From Eledone cirrhosa (taxonomy: Eukaryota): a stretch of 64,000 nucleotides of DNA. The stretch lies in the NCBI GenBank assembly GCA_964016885.1, contig OZ024741.1:278194001-278258000 (forward strand), read 5' to 3'. Below are positions 1 through 12,443 of this stretch, in pieces. Made by a program: the position numbers and the translations under genes. Every line of letters begins with the position of its first letter. Within the stretch, counting starts at the first letter, position 1. A model generated the notes under the pieces. The model saw only the letters and a list, made by a program, of their open reading frames with translations, was not told the origin of the DNA and searched no databases.

Positions 1-1069
1 AGGCTACGGCACCTACAGGTATTCCTCACTAGTCAACCGATGTGGGCTCCGTTCGTGAAACAAGCCTTTCCGAGACTCGTCTCGCTCACCGAGCTACAGT
101 CCTGGGTCAAGCAAAGATCCGGAAAACTGGGAGACTGGCACACTGAGTGTGCTCAGGCGCTCAGGGCTCTCTGGCAAGCGGGCCAGGCCATCGGTGGAGA
201 ATCCACCTCATCATTCTATAGAGGGCTGGTGGCTAGCAGGGGCGATGACACCCTTGGAGAGTCGCTGGACATGGAAGAAGACGAACTGGCCAGCCTGTTC
301 GGTAGGACTTTCGGCCCAGGACCAATGGACAACTTCCAGAAGTCACTGGCCTGGCAGTGCTACCGGGGGGCTCTACCCGTTCGAGAGAGGCTCTACAGAC
401 AAGGGCGCCCGGGCAGGGATCCCTCAAAAAAGATTTGCCCTAGATGCGTGCGTCACGAAGAAACCGTTGCGCACGCATTGGTGCAATGTCCGGGCGTGGC
501 TGATCTGTGGGGCTACGCCGAACGACTGCTGTCGCGGGTGGCGCCGATTAAATTGACCGCCGAGTCCGTGATGACAATCAAACCGCCTCCCCTCTTCACA
601 AAGGAAGCAAAGGCGTTTTTTCTGTGCGTAATAGCCATGTTGAAAGAGGTTGTTTGGTGGACACGATTGAAAGGTCTGAGGTCAGGCAACTTCCTCTCTG
701 GCCATAGTCTGGTCTACTTCTTCCGATATCACTTCGGAAGAAGGATAAGAATGGAGAGAGAGGTGCTTGGCCACAGGCAGTTTTATGAAAGGTGGGTGAT
801 AGTAGCGAGAATGGCTCGTGTAAATGGGCCTTCTCTGTATACCATCCTGTAGGTAAAGAAGTAAAGGAGAGGGGAGCACCTTCTCCATGTGCTCCCCGGG
901 CAAAGGATTGCACACTTTTTTGGGGGTGTGTGCAATCCCCATCACGTCCCCTCCCTTTTGAGGTTATTTTCGATTATTTTCATGTTACACCCTTTTTACT
1001 CGATTATATGTAAACTCCCCCTTTGTATTTGTCCCTTCTTTTTATGCCTTTATGGTAAATAAAGAAATC
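1..1069 (+). mobile_element. L1/Tx1-group LINE 3' end (ORF2 C-terminus with CCHC zf-RVT, 3'UTR)
   Basis: ORF 40-852 contains CPRC-x8-H-x4-C (CPRCVRHEETVAHALVQC); GC-rich; pyrimidine-rich 3'UTR with AATAAA at 1058-1063. Confidence 0.8.
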
Positions 1070-1071
1070 TA

Positions 1072-1444
1072 TCTATATACTACTAAAACTCTGTGATTGC
1101 TTGCTTGTCTGTAATGTAATACAGCCAAAAGGGTGCATAATGGGAAAATATTTTGAACGGAAGTTGACCCTGAAATGGGAATACAAATGGAATAAAACAA
1201 GTTTCGCATAAATCAAAGCACTGACTCCCGAGATATGGGGTTTTCTGGGTACCTTCATAAACAGAGAGAGAGAGAAAGAGATAGTAGATTGAAAGAGAGA
1301 CATAGAGAGAGGGAGAGGAGACAGAGAAGGAGAATGGATGAGAGAAAGCTGGTGGTGTTGTGTATATAAATGTGTGTGTGTATATGTGTGTGTGTGTCTA
1401 TGACCACTGTATATAGATCACAGACACCCACATATATATATATA

Positions 1445-1504
<60 letters not shown>

Positions 1505-2679
1505 CGCACACGTTTCATTTCAGACGAGTGGTCTAGTATATTACTAAAACTCTACGATTACTTGCTTGCTTGTCTGTAATGTAATACAGCCAAAAGGGTG
1601 CATAATGGGAAAATATTTTGAAAGGGAGTTGACCCTGAAATGGGAATACAAATGGAATAAAACAAGTTTCATGTAAATCAAAGCACGGGTTCTCGAGATA
1701 CGGGTACCTTCATAAATAGAGAGAAAGAGATAGTGTTTGTGAGAGAGTAGATTGAAAGAGAGAAGGAGACAGAGAATGGAATAGAGAGAGAGAGAGAGAG
1801 AGAGAGCTGGTGGTGTTGTGTGTGTATATATATATATATGAGATCTTTGGCGCTACGCAGTAATACAGAAGACCCGCCTTGCCTATGTACAAAGCGAAAC
1901 CTACAGTCAGTAGGCACCTCCTAACCAAAAATACACCCCCACCAACACCACCCCTTTCTTTGTAAAGTTATGTTGGTACCACAACATCCAGTCCTAAATA
2001 AATGAGTCCGTGTAGGTGTCACAACAAAAAAAAACACACAGTCCACGCTGTAATGTGGCCGTGTAGGTAACATGGTAAAAAGCTCCCAATCCACACTATA
2101 ATGTGGCCGTGTAGGTAACATGGTAAAAACCTCCCAATCCACACTATAATGTGGCCGTGTAGGTAACATGGTAAAAAGCTCCCAGTCCACACTATAATGT
2201 GGTCGTGTAGGTAACATGGTAAAAAGCTCCCAGTCCACACTGTAATGTGGTCGTGTAGGTAACATGGTAAAAACCTTCCTGTCCACACTGTAAACGTGGT
2301 TGGTGTTAGGAAGGGCATCCAGCCGTAGAAAATCTGCCACAGTCCTATACGAGCAAGACAACCAATCTTGCCTCAAGTGGGACAATTCCTGTCTAAACCG
2401 ATGCTAACGTGGAAGATAGACGTCATACGATGATGATGATATATATATATGTGTGTGTGTGTGTCTATGACCAATGTATATAGATCACAGACACCCACAT
2501 ATATATACGCACATATATATATATACATTCACACACATATATACGGGCCTTCCAGTTTCATTTCACATTATATACATGTCTTTGTATATTTTAATTATTT
2601 AAAAATCATTTTTAAGTGAATATGATTTTTAAAAAATATTTTGAAATGAACGTGACCCAACGGGTCACGGGTGGTCTAG
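1072..2679 (+). mobile_element. Two head-to-tail non-autonomous Helitron units (1072-1536, 1537-2679)
   Basis: 5' A|TCTATATACTACTAAAAC; ~200-bp duplicated 5' part; 3' hairpin CGTGACCC-AAC-GGGTCACG (2651-2669) followed by GGTGGTCTAG|T; internal GTGGTCTAG ending at 1536. Confidence 0.75.
1841..2440 (+). mobile_element. RTE family A 3' end with five tandem 48-nt UTR units, nested in the Helitron (TA)n
   Basis: Matches the 3' ends of the copies at 8291-9465 and 15225-16252; (GAT)n tail. Confidence 0.85.
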
Positions 2680-2921
2680 TAATGTATAAAGATGTCATAA
2701 TGATGATGGTGGGCATAAAAATTTTGTTGGAAAATTATTCATTTTTGTCAGGAAATTTGAACCTCCAAAAATAATAAGAGCATTACATTTTTCTGATTTA
2801 CAGTTTGATCTTCAGTGTTTCTATCATTATCTGTTGCTTGCCATCACACTTCATTATACTAATTTAACAATATATATATATTTTTTTTGTTCTTATCATT
2901 TTCCTTTTCATGTAACATTAT

Positions 2922-3036
2922 TTTCAAATCCCGCCGAGGTTGACTTTGCCTTTCATCCTTACGGGGTCGATAAAATAAAGTACCAGTAATGCACTGGGTA
3001 ATTGCTGGCCTTGTGCCTAAAGTAGAAACAATTATT
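2922..3036 (+). mobile_element. tRNA-derived SINE family 2, 5'-truncated
   Basis: GCCTTTCATCCTT...GGTCGATAAAATAAAGTACCAG central domain shared with 17247-17440. Confidence 0.75.
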
Positions 3037-3149
3037 TTATTTTACTAAGATGTTTATACAAAAACAAAACACACTATTAATGGGAATAACAAAAAATGGA
3101 AATGAAAAGAAGAAAAAGAAAAAAAAATTAAGTAAAGAAAGAAAATGAG

Positions 3150-3440
3150 AGGAGGAGGGACAGATACTACACTCTAGTCTGCACAGTGTTTCAGTTGTGC
3201 TCTGCAGACAAAATGACAAAGGCATTACTGTGGAGAATGGCCGATACCCACTGCAACAGCGAGACCACCTCACATGTGGGTTGCTGTCTTTCTGATTTTA
3301 CAGAGGAAATCAGCCATACAGGGACTAAGGACACCAGAGGTCTCAATAGAGACTGGGACAAAGAGGAAGCAGTCAATCAGGACCCAGTATTTAATTATCT
3401 TCCTCTGCTTTGAATTGCGGGCAGCAGAGCCTGATGGAAA
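3150..3440 (-). mobile_element. Degenerate CRE-clade (RLE) non-LTR 3' fragment
   Basis: Similar to 61755-62265; minus strand shows ETSG-like restriction-like endonuclease tail. Confidence 0.5.
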
Positions 3441-3456
3441 ATTTTTGATAGTAGGA

Positions 3457-3602
3457 TATCTGGAGTAAAATCATTACTCTACATTATCTCATGGAGCATT
3501 TTTGACATTAAGACATCTGGAGTAAAATTATTACTACATTATCACATGGAGCATTTTTGACATTAAGGCATCTGGAGTAAAATTATTACTCTACATTATC
3601 AT
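3457..3602. repeat. ~52-bp minisatellite, about three copies
   Basis: atctggagtaaaat.attact..acattatc recurs three times. Confidence 0.75.
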
Positions 3603-3776
3603 TGTTCTGCTTTTCTTCTTTTCATCATCATCACCATCATTATCATTTAACATCTATTTTCCCAGCTAGCGAGGGTTGTCAACTAACCTTAATTACAGTG
3701 TCTTCTTTCTATAAATTTATAAGTGCTTCAAGAATAATTATCATCATATATTTTAACATTTTATATATTTTTACAG

Positions 3777-3885
3777 ACCAATAGCTTATCAAAGTATCAC
3801 AGAAAAAACCTGTGGAGATGGTCCTAATTTGTTCATCATATTTGAAGAAGACAGGATTCTACAAAATCTGAAAAATGCCATACTG
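3777..3885 (+). CDS. DNAH6: Axonemal dynein heavy chain (DNAH6-like), first exon in window (PIAYQSITEKTCGDGPNLFIIFEEDRILQNLKNAIL)
   Basis: ttacag acceptor and gtcagt donor; KTCGxGPxL..FE.D motif resembles DNAH6 as recalled; ends in phase 0, matching the next exon. Confidence 0.8.
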
Positions 3886-3923
3886 GTCAGTTTTAAATTT
3901 CTGGTTGTTTATAGCATAATTGA

Positions 3924-4328
3924 TGGCAGTGGATTGGCAGTCATCTGTAAAACATCAGACAACGTTTTGCAGCATAGAATTACTGTCCATTACATTCTGA
4001 GTTCAAGTCCTACAGAGATGGCTTTGCCTTTTATCCTTATGGGTGGTTGATAAACTAAAGTACCAATAATGCACTGGGATCGTAATAACCCCCCCCCCCT
4101 CACAAATTGCTGGACTTGTGCCTAATTTAGAAATTATTATTATAGTAGCAGTTTGCTGCATAGAGTTACAACCCTTTACATTCTGAGTTCAAATCCTGCC
4201 AAGATAGCTTTGCCTTTCATCCTTATGGAGGTCGATGAAATGAAGTACCAGTAATGTACTGGGGTTGGTATAATCGACTTTCCCCTCCCTATAAATTGTT
4301 GGCCTTGTGTCTGAATTAGAAATCATTA
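3924..4328 (+). mobile_element. Two tandem copies of SINE family 2
   Basis: GGCAGTGGATTGGCAG head, GAGTTCAAATCC B-box-like motif and GCCTTT.ATCC core present twice. Confidence 0.7.
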
Positions 4329-5486
4329 TCAGTTTTTATTTTAACACTATTGGGTTAGATTTTATATTTAGTAACAAAGTACAGAATAAATCAACTACTT
4401 TACATATATATCATAACTGTTTAACGCCTATTTTTTCACGCTAGCATGGGTTAGACAAGTTGTTCTATTGTGAGACAAGCCAGATCAGATGACTGTATCT
4501 TGCTCATAGAGAACTGATTTGGGGATGGTTTCTATGGTTGGATGCCCTTCCTAACACCCGCCACATTTACAGTGTATAATGGATACTTTGTGTCATGACA
4601 CCTACATGACCACTTTACAGTGTGGACTGGGTGATTTTTGTCGTGATACCTACATGATCATTGCCTGAATTTTATAATGAAATATTACTTTATTACATCA
4701 CTGAGTATAAAAGACATTAGCTAATGTAGTCAAAATATATTAGCCAACTAGTGTTAATATTTGAACTCAGAACATTGAGAGCCAGAACAAATACTGTCAA
4801 TTTGCCACCCTAGTATTAATCATCATCATCATTTTTGCCCCATTTTCACTGCTATCAAGAGTTGAACAGGTTTTCACATATTGAGTCAGTATTCAAGCAG
4901 AGCTACTGACCTCTCAGATGACGTAGGGGTCTACGTCTTGCTTACATACATTCCTATGCTCTACTGAGTGCATTTTATTGTGGCACGAGCACTTGGGAGG
5001 TTGTCTTGTCTTTGAGGCAACTGAAGAACCTTTCTGACCCTTTGACGTAGTGTACTGGGTACATTTATTGTGTAGATTACCAGCACTAGAGAGGCTGTCA
5101 TGTTTTTGACACAACTGAAGATAGTGAGGGAGACATGTTAAAAAAGTAATTTCAACTTACAGGGCCCACTCCTGCAGTTGGTCAATAGTGGTGCGTAGAA
5201 AGGTAGTTTCAAGGTTCCAGAATGCTGAAGGTTTCCACCACTATAGATTCAACAATAAACCCATTTGCTGGGTGATAATCTATTAAGGTCCCAGAATTCC
5301 GGAAGTTTCTGACACTGGTAGATCCAATAAAAAACACATTTGCTGGATGATAATATATAATGTAAGGCAACATAGTTTTAAAACTTATTGCAGTTGAACA
5401 GAATTTTATTGAGGATGACACCAGACAGACATAATTGTTGCAGTCTATGGTGGTTGTTGTAGTTTAATGTGGTTGTTGTTGTTTAA

Positions 5487-6154
5487 CCCTTTAGCATTTA
5501 CATTATTCTATCATCATCATCATCATCATCATCGTTTAACGTCCATCTTCCACGCTTGCATAGGTTTGGACGGGAGTTTTCCCACTTGAGGCAAGAGTGG
5601 TTTTCTTGCTTGCATAGGACTGTCTGGCGGGTTTTCTATGGCTGGATGCCCTTCCTAACACCAACCACGTTTACAGTGTGGACTGGGAGGTTTTTACCGT
5701 GTTACCTACATGGCGACATTACAGCGTGGACTGTGTGTTTTTTTGTTGTGACACCTACACAACCTCATTTGTTTCGGACTGGATGTTGTGGTACCAACAT
5801 AACTTTACATTGAAAGGGGTGGTGTGGATGGGGTGGGGGTAGTGGGACGGGGGTGTATTTTTGTTAGAGGTGCCTACTGACTGTAGTAGGTTTCACTTTG
5901 TACTTAGGTAAGGCGGGTTTCTGTATTACTGTGTAGCGCCAAAGATCTCGGTCCAGTGACATTGTCTTGGAAAGGTGTATATATTAACTATTTATTTTCA
6001 CAGTAAAGACTTTATCTCACATAATATCGAATCTATGAGATTTTGATATTATTTATTTTGAGAACAATACCTTATCATCAGTATGAGCAGCCGGTTATGG
6101 CCGGTTTGAACAGAAAGAGGTGAGAGAGTTCTGGCCAGATTCAATGCTAAACGG
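5487..6154. mobile_element. piggyBac-type MITE interrupted by an RTE family A 3' end (5510-5978, - strand)
   Basis: TTAA|CCCTTTAGCA ... TGCTAAACGG|TTAA; inverted homologue of 23929-24135. Confidence 0.7.
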
Positions 6155-6464
6155 TTAATGTGGTTGTTGTTATTGGTGTTGTAGTTTATAGTTTAATGTG
6201 GTTGCTGTTATTGGTGCTGTTACTGGCGTTATAGTTTAATATGGTTGTTGTTATTGGTATATGTGGTATAGAAAACCTGAAATAAAATAATTCATAACAG
6301 ACCCCCATCCCCCCAAAAATGCAAGCAAAATAAACAAAAAAACACAAACAAAATCTTTCTACTGAAAGATTTTGCTACTGTGCTGAAAATATTCACAATG
6401 TCAATTATATTTATTAAAGTTTTGCCTCTTAATTTATATTCATTTAAGTTTTTCCTCTTATATT

Positions 6465-6942
6465 GGCACTTCTCCACCCAGGTCGATTGTATGATGCCTG
6501 TGTGACATGCGTGAGGCTGCATAGTGGTGACACATGGGCAGACTGGGAGGATATGTGACGGCTGGAGAGAAACAAAGCAAGAATGCTCTGATCGATGTGC
6601 AATGTCAATGTGCATGAACTACCAAGCTTGGACGAGTTGATAGTGTAACTTTGTATAAGAATAAACTGTAGTGTGTGGGAGAGAAGACTGCGTTGGTGTG
6701 GCCATGTGATGCACATGGAAGATGACCGCTGAGTGAAGAAGTGCCAAGAAATCCTGGTGGAAGGAAGATGCAGTAGAGTAAGACCACGAAAAACATGGGT
6801 GGAGGTGGGGAGAGCTGACCTCAGATCGCTGAAGCTCACAGAGGAGATGACGAAGGACCATGATGAATGGAGAGATGCTGTGCTGAAGAGGATCCGTCCC
6901 ACCCTTCCAAGCAAGGAAAAGCAAACGTAAAATGATGATGAT
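6465..6942 (+). mobile_element. Degenerate RTE family C 3' fragment
   Basis: Encodes ...KRIRPTLPSKEKQT*, homologous to the C-terminus of 43502-46570; (ATG)n tail. Confidence 0.8.
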
Positions 6943-7764
6943 TGTCTGTGCCTAGCTTTAAAAATTGCTCTCAATATCAAGCATTTTTAAAATAACAAGC
7001 AATATGTTCAATATTACAGTATGTTTTTTTAAAAATCCAAGATAATCAAATATGTCAGCCAATTCTAACAATAAATGTTTCAGAGGTGTACTTATTTGTC
7101 AAGTAGCTTGATCTGTGATAGTATATAGCTTAGTGGTTAGAGTGTTGGGCGTACAGTCGTAAGATTGTGAGTTTGATTCTCAAACTGGGTGTGTGTTGTA
7201 TCCTTGAGCAAGACACTTTAATTCATGTCACTGCAGTACACTCAACTGGAAAAAAATATGTTGCAATGTGACTGGTGCCAAGCTGCATCAATCTTTGCCC
7301 TTTCCAAGCTGAGATCAAGTGTTGAAACTGAGACAATTGCATCATAGAAGAGTTCTGAGAGTCATTTAAAAACTGAGTATAAGAGGAATCAAAAGTAGTG
7401 TTCAAAAGAGAAGACTATGTTGGTATCGACATGTGATGTGCATAGATTGTGATCGCTGGGTGAAGAAGTGCTAAGAAATCCCTGAGGAAAGAAGCTGCAG
7501 TAGAAGACTTGGGCAGAGGTGATGAGAGCTGATCATAAATCGCTGAAACCCACAGTGGAGATGACGAAGGATCACAATGTGTGGAGAGGTGCTGAAAAGG
7601 ACCTGTCTAACCTATGTAGGCATGGAAAAACGGACATAAAAATGATGATTATGATGATGATTTAAAATAAACATACATTGTTATATTCAGTTCTTTCATT
7701 TTCATACACTCTGAAGTGGCAAAAAATATTGTTATACTTCTATAACTTGATCACTATTTTTCAG

Positions 7765-7885
7765 GATGCATTAGAGAGTGGTTTCAACAATGCAACACAC
7801 TATGTTAATCTTCTCATTCCTTGTCAAAGATTCTATCAAGAAAATGAGAGCATTAACCTGGAAAATTATAAAATTATCAAAAATG
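7765..7885 (+). CDS. DNAH6: DNAH6-like exon (DALESGFNNATHY...FYQENESINLENYKIIKN)
   Basis: tttcag acceptor and gtaggt donor; 121 nt, ends in phase 1, complementary to the exon at 12292. Confidence 0.85.
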
Positions 7886-8290
7886 GTAGGTTGTAATTCA
7901 AAGAGTTTGTGCATTTACCATTTTTATTTTAATCATCATCATCGTCATCATTTTGTAGTTTGTAGATTGAATTTGAAGTATTTTTTTGCGACCCTAGTCC
8001 TGTTTCTTTTCTGAAACACTGTATATTCAATTTATAGATAGTCATATATCTACATAGCAGGTTCATATGTTGTCAGTACTTGTTAATCTCAATGATTTGG
8101 TAAACGTATAGAATAGTGAATCAATATAAGGGATGTAATTTGAAAATTTTTTTTTTTGAAATGAGTACCTATGGTAACTATATATATGTGTGTGGTATAC
8201 ATATAGGTACTAACTCTATATGTGTGTATATATAATAACCATACCATACATCCTTATAAATGTATGTATAGGCATGTATTATATATATAT

Positions 8291-9465
8291 TCCATTGCCC
8301 AGATGGTTCTATAGAAATAGTGGACACCTTCCGTTATTTGGGTGACAAAATCAGCAGTGGTGGAGGGTGCTCTGAAAGTACAGTAGATAGAGTCAGAACG
8401 GGATGGAAAAAGTTCAGAGAGCTTATACCATTATTGGCCGCTAAAGGGTTCTCTCTAAAAATGAAAGGCAGGCTGTATGATGCCTGCATACGAACAGTGA
8501 TGTTACATGGCAGTGAGACATGGGCCTTGTGTGCAGAGGATCTACGCAGACTGGAGAAGAATGAAGCTTGCATGCTCCGCTGGTTGTGTAATAATTGTTT
8601 CTACTTTAGGCACAAGGCCAGCAATTACCCAGTGCATTACTGGTACTTTATTTTATCGACCCTGTAAGGATGAAAGGCAAAGTCAACCTCAGCGGCATTT
8701 GAACTCAGATCGTTAAGGGACGTAACTATGCTGGAAAGCATGGCGTCCGACCCTCTACCGATACTGCCAATCCACCGATGTGTAATAATACGCAAACGGC
8801 GAAGCTTAAATGAACTATGTGAGAAATTAGGAATAAGAGGGATCAGATGATGTTTACTCGAGAGAAGACTACGTTGGTATGGTCACGTGATGCGCATGAA
8901 AGACGACAGCTGTATAAAAAAGTGCAGGGCGATCAAAATAGCCGGTAGCTACGGAGTAGGCAGACCCAGAAAAACCTGGGACGATTTGATAAAATCCGAC
9001 CTCACACACTTACACCTTTCCAAGACAATGTCACTGGACCGAGATCTTTAGCGCTACGTAGTAATACAGAAGATCCGCCTTGCCTAAGTACAAAGCGAAA
9101 CCTACAGTCAGTAGGCACCTCTTAACCAAAATACACCCCCGTCCCATTGCTACGCCCACCGCCATCTACACCACCCCTTTCGATGTAAAGCTATGTTGGT
9201 ACCACAACATCCAGTCCTAAATAAATGCGGTCATGTAGGTGTCATGACAAAAAAACACAGTCCACGCTGTAATGTGGCCGTGTAGGTAACACGGTAAAAA
9301 CCTCCCAGTCCATACTGTAAACGTGGTTGGTGTTAGGAAGGGCATAAAGCCGTAGAAAACTCGCCAGACAGTCCTGAGCAAGACAACCAATCTTGCCTCA
9401 CGTGGGACAATTCCCGTCCAGACCCATGCTAGCGTGGAAAATGGACGTTAAGCGATGATGATGAT
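8291..9465 (+). mobile_element. 5'-truncated RTE family A copy interrupted by a SINE
   Basis: [22 protein letters not shown] motifs; (GAT)n tail; flanked by (TA)n. Confidence 0.9.
8596..8778 (-). mobile_element. SINE family 2 copy with 11-bp TSD
   Basis: TGTGTAATAAT at 8585-8595 and 8779-8789 flanks the reverse complement of the SINE. Confidence 0.85.
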
Positions 9466-9474
9466 ATATATATA

Positions 9475-11918
9475 TGTAAAAGGTAAACAGAAATAACAAC
9501 ACAATCAGTACAGTATATGGAAGGTATATATTAGGTTAACACTTGATATAGCAGGAAGAGGGTCTTAACGTTTCGGACGCTAGTCCTTCATCAGAAGAAA
9601 GAATGAGAAACAAAATAGATTGAGGGGACGGGTGGGATGGAATTGGAAAAAAAATGTCTTTAGATAAAAATAACAGGTCCATTCATGTTGATATCTTTTG
9701 AAAAACTGTTGGTGCTGGCGTTTTGTGTATGATTTGTTTTTTAGAAAAGTGGATGATGGCGCGCGTCTACATGAAATGGAAAAAAAAACGTTTTGTAAAA
9801 AGAGCTATACTTGAGCATGTGTGTAAGCATGAGTTTGTGTGTGTGTGTGTGTGTGGTTGTGTGTGTTTTATAGGTCCGTACGAAGCTAAGAAGAAATGTG
9901 TGTGTATATGTGAGTAAAAGAGTGTGTGTGCATGTACGTACAAAGCTATGAGCAAAAGTATGTTAATATAATGGTGTGTATTGGCATGTATTAGTTGTAA
10001 GAGAAGCTGCTAATGATCAAGAGAAAGCGATAGGAATCTAGGGGTGTGATAATGGATTGGGTATTAGAGAAATTGGGGAGGTGAGTTGAGTCCAAGAGAG
10101 GAATAGGACCCAAGACGGTGAATCAGACTTTGTTCAGTCCTGGTGCGTGGGGCCTGTGATCAAGGACACCCAGGACTGAAACATGTAGGGAAGAATGACC
10201 AGGAGAACAGAAATAATGGGAGTCATATGTCCCTCAAATGTTCGGCAAAATGGTCTGCCATATGGCGTCCCGTTTGTTCGATATATAAAGACCCACAAAG
10301 GGAACACTGGAGCGGATAGACAACGTAGGTGGATGTGCAGGTGAAGGAATGGCGGATACTGAAAGACCCATTAGGGCCTATAAGAGTGGTGAGGGTGGAA
10401 ATAAAGGGACAAGTGTTGCAGTGGGAACGGGAACAAGGATGAGAGCCGGGTGGAGTTGTGGGAGAGGACGAAAAGGAACTGCGAACCAAGAGGTCACAGA
10501 GGTTTCGAGCGCACGTAAAAGCAGTAATGGCTGGGTTCGGAAAAAAAGCGAGAAGTGATGGGGTCAGAAGAGAGGATACGGAAGGAACGGAGGATATGTC
10601 GCCGGAGTGGTAGAGTGATGGGGTGGTAGGTGAGAGGGAAAGGAACGCGGGTGTGGGATGGCGGGCGTAAGGTGAGAGGGCTGTGGTGCGGTCTATTTCA
10701 CGGGTGCGGGTGAGAGCAGCTTGGATCAAGGTGGGGGAATATCCACGCTGGATGAAGCAAGAAGCCATGCAAAGGGAATGGGTTTCAAAATCGTCGTCCT
10801 GGCTACAGAGTCAACAAAGACGGAAAAATTGGGAATAGGGTATGGAGTGTTTGGTGTGGGTAGGATGGGAGGAGGTGAAGTCGAGATAAGATTGGGAGTC
10901 TGTTGGTTTAATGTAGATGGAAGTAGAGAGGGTGTGGTGAGAGTGATTAATAGAGATATCTAGAAAAGCGACAGAAGAATCAGAGACGGAGGCTGTGAAA
11001 TTGAGAGCAGGATGGAAAGATTGGACAAAAGAAAGAAAACTGTTCTCGTGATAGAGAGGTGGTGCCGATACAGTCGTCGATATAACGACCATATATCTCA
11101 GGAGTCGGTCCAGCGTACTGGGAGAAGATCTGGACTTCGATGTAGCCAACAAACAAGTTGGCATAGTTTGGACCCATTCTGGTTCCCATCGCTATCCCAG
11201 AGACCTGCTGGTTAAATTCAACTGAAAAAGAAAATCCATTAAGGGTGAGAACAAGCTCAGCCAGACGGAGAAGAGTGGTAGTGCTGGGGTAAGGGGTAGG
11301 GCATAAATCTAAAAAATGCTGGAGAGCGCGGAGGCCGTCATCATGAGGGATGACGGTATAGAGAGAAGTGATGTCCAGGGTAAAGAGAAGGCGGGAGGGA
11401 CCAGGAGGGAAGGAGACAGAGTTGAAAAGTCTAAGGGCATGATTTGTATCGTGGATGTGGGAGGGGAGATTGCCGACCAACGGGGCGAGGATGGTGTCTA
11501 AATATTCAGAAATTATCTCAGTGGGGCAGTTGCACGCAGAAACGATAGGATGGCCAGGATTATTTTGTTTGTGTATTTTGGGGAGGAAGTAGATGGTGGG
11601 TGTGCAAGGGGTGCGTACAATAAGGTTGGTGGCTGTGGGGGGTAGATGAGAGGAGGAGATGAGCTCGTGGATGGTGGAGGACACGAGTTGTTGGTAGCCA
11701 GGAGTGGGGTCGGAGGATAAAGGGCGGTAAAAAAGGGTATTGTGAAGCTGGCGGTGAGCCTCAGTCCTATAGAGGTCAGCGCTCTAAACCACCACAGTGC
11801 CACTTTTGTCAGCGGGTTTGATGACAATGTCATCGCGACGCTGAAGATTGCGAAGAGCGGAGAGCTCAGTCCACGTGATGTTAGAGCGACGAGAATGCTG
11901 GTGGAAACGGAACCGATT
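9475..11918 (-). mobile_element. Penelope-like element (RT, Cys-rich linker, GIY-YIG), frameshifted, with 3' pLTR
   Basis: LPKIHK, GIAMGTRMGPNYANLF, RYIDD, FLDI, C..C linker and VVY..CSLC..YI..T motifs across ORFs 10223-11833. Confidence 0.9.
9563..9600 (-). ncRNA. Minimal type I hammerhead ribozyme motif in the PLE pLTR
   Basis: Minus strand reads TCTT-CTGATGA-AGGAC-TAGC-GTCC-GAAA-CGTT-AAGA. Confidence 0.8.
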
Positions 11919-12291
11919 CATATATATATATGTCTATATATATTGTGCACACCTAACCCTACTCCAAATATATAGTTAATACCTATATATAAACATATAT
12001 GGTTATTATAGATATACACACATTAATACCTATATGTATACCACACATATATATATAATTAACATAGGTACTCATTTCGAAAACCTTTTTTTTTTTTCAA
12101 ATTACTACCTTATATAGAATAAAGTACCAGTTAAGTACTGGGGTTAATATATAAACAACTCTCCCCCTTCCCCAAATTGCTGGCTTTGTGCCAATGTTAA
12201 AAGAATTATTTTAATTTTTAAGATTATTGATATTTCAAATAGTTTGTTGAATCCTATTAAAATGGCGAAAGTATGTTTTTTTTTCTCACAG

Positions 12292-12443
12292 ATGTTGACT
12301 TTTATGAAACTGCTCTCAATTGTTATAAGAAACAGACTTTATTGACTAATAGTATCGAGATGAGAGTGAACACGGGTGTATTACTGGTAGATGCAACACA
12401 CATGAAAAGTCTCCTCATACCGTCCACTCAGATGTTGTTAAAT
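12292..12443 (+). CDS. DNAH6: DNAH6-like exon (DVDFYETALNCYKKQ...GVLLVDATHMKSLLIPS...)
   Basis: Polypyrimidine tract plus cacag acceptor, gtaagt donor; phase 1 to 0; GxLLxD...LIPS motif. Confidence 0.88.

Noticed and set aside
2040-2290. CRISPR-like array of 48-nt repeats
   Set aside because: No unique spacers and no cas genes; it is a tandem expansion of an RTE 3'UTR unit in a eukaryotic genome
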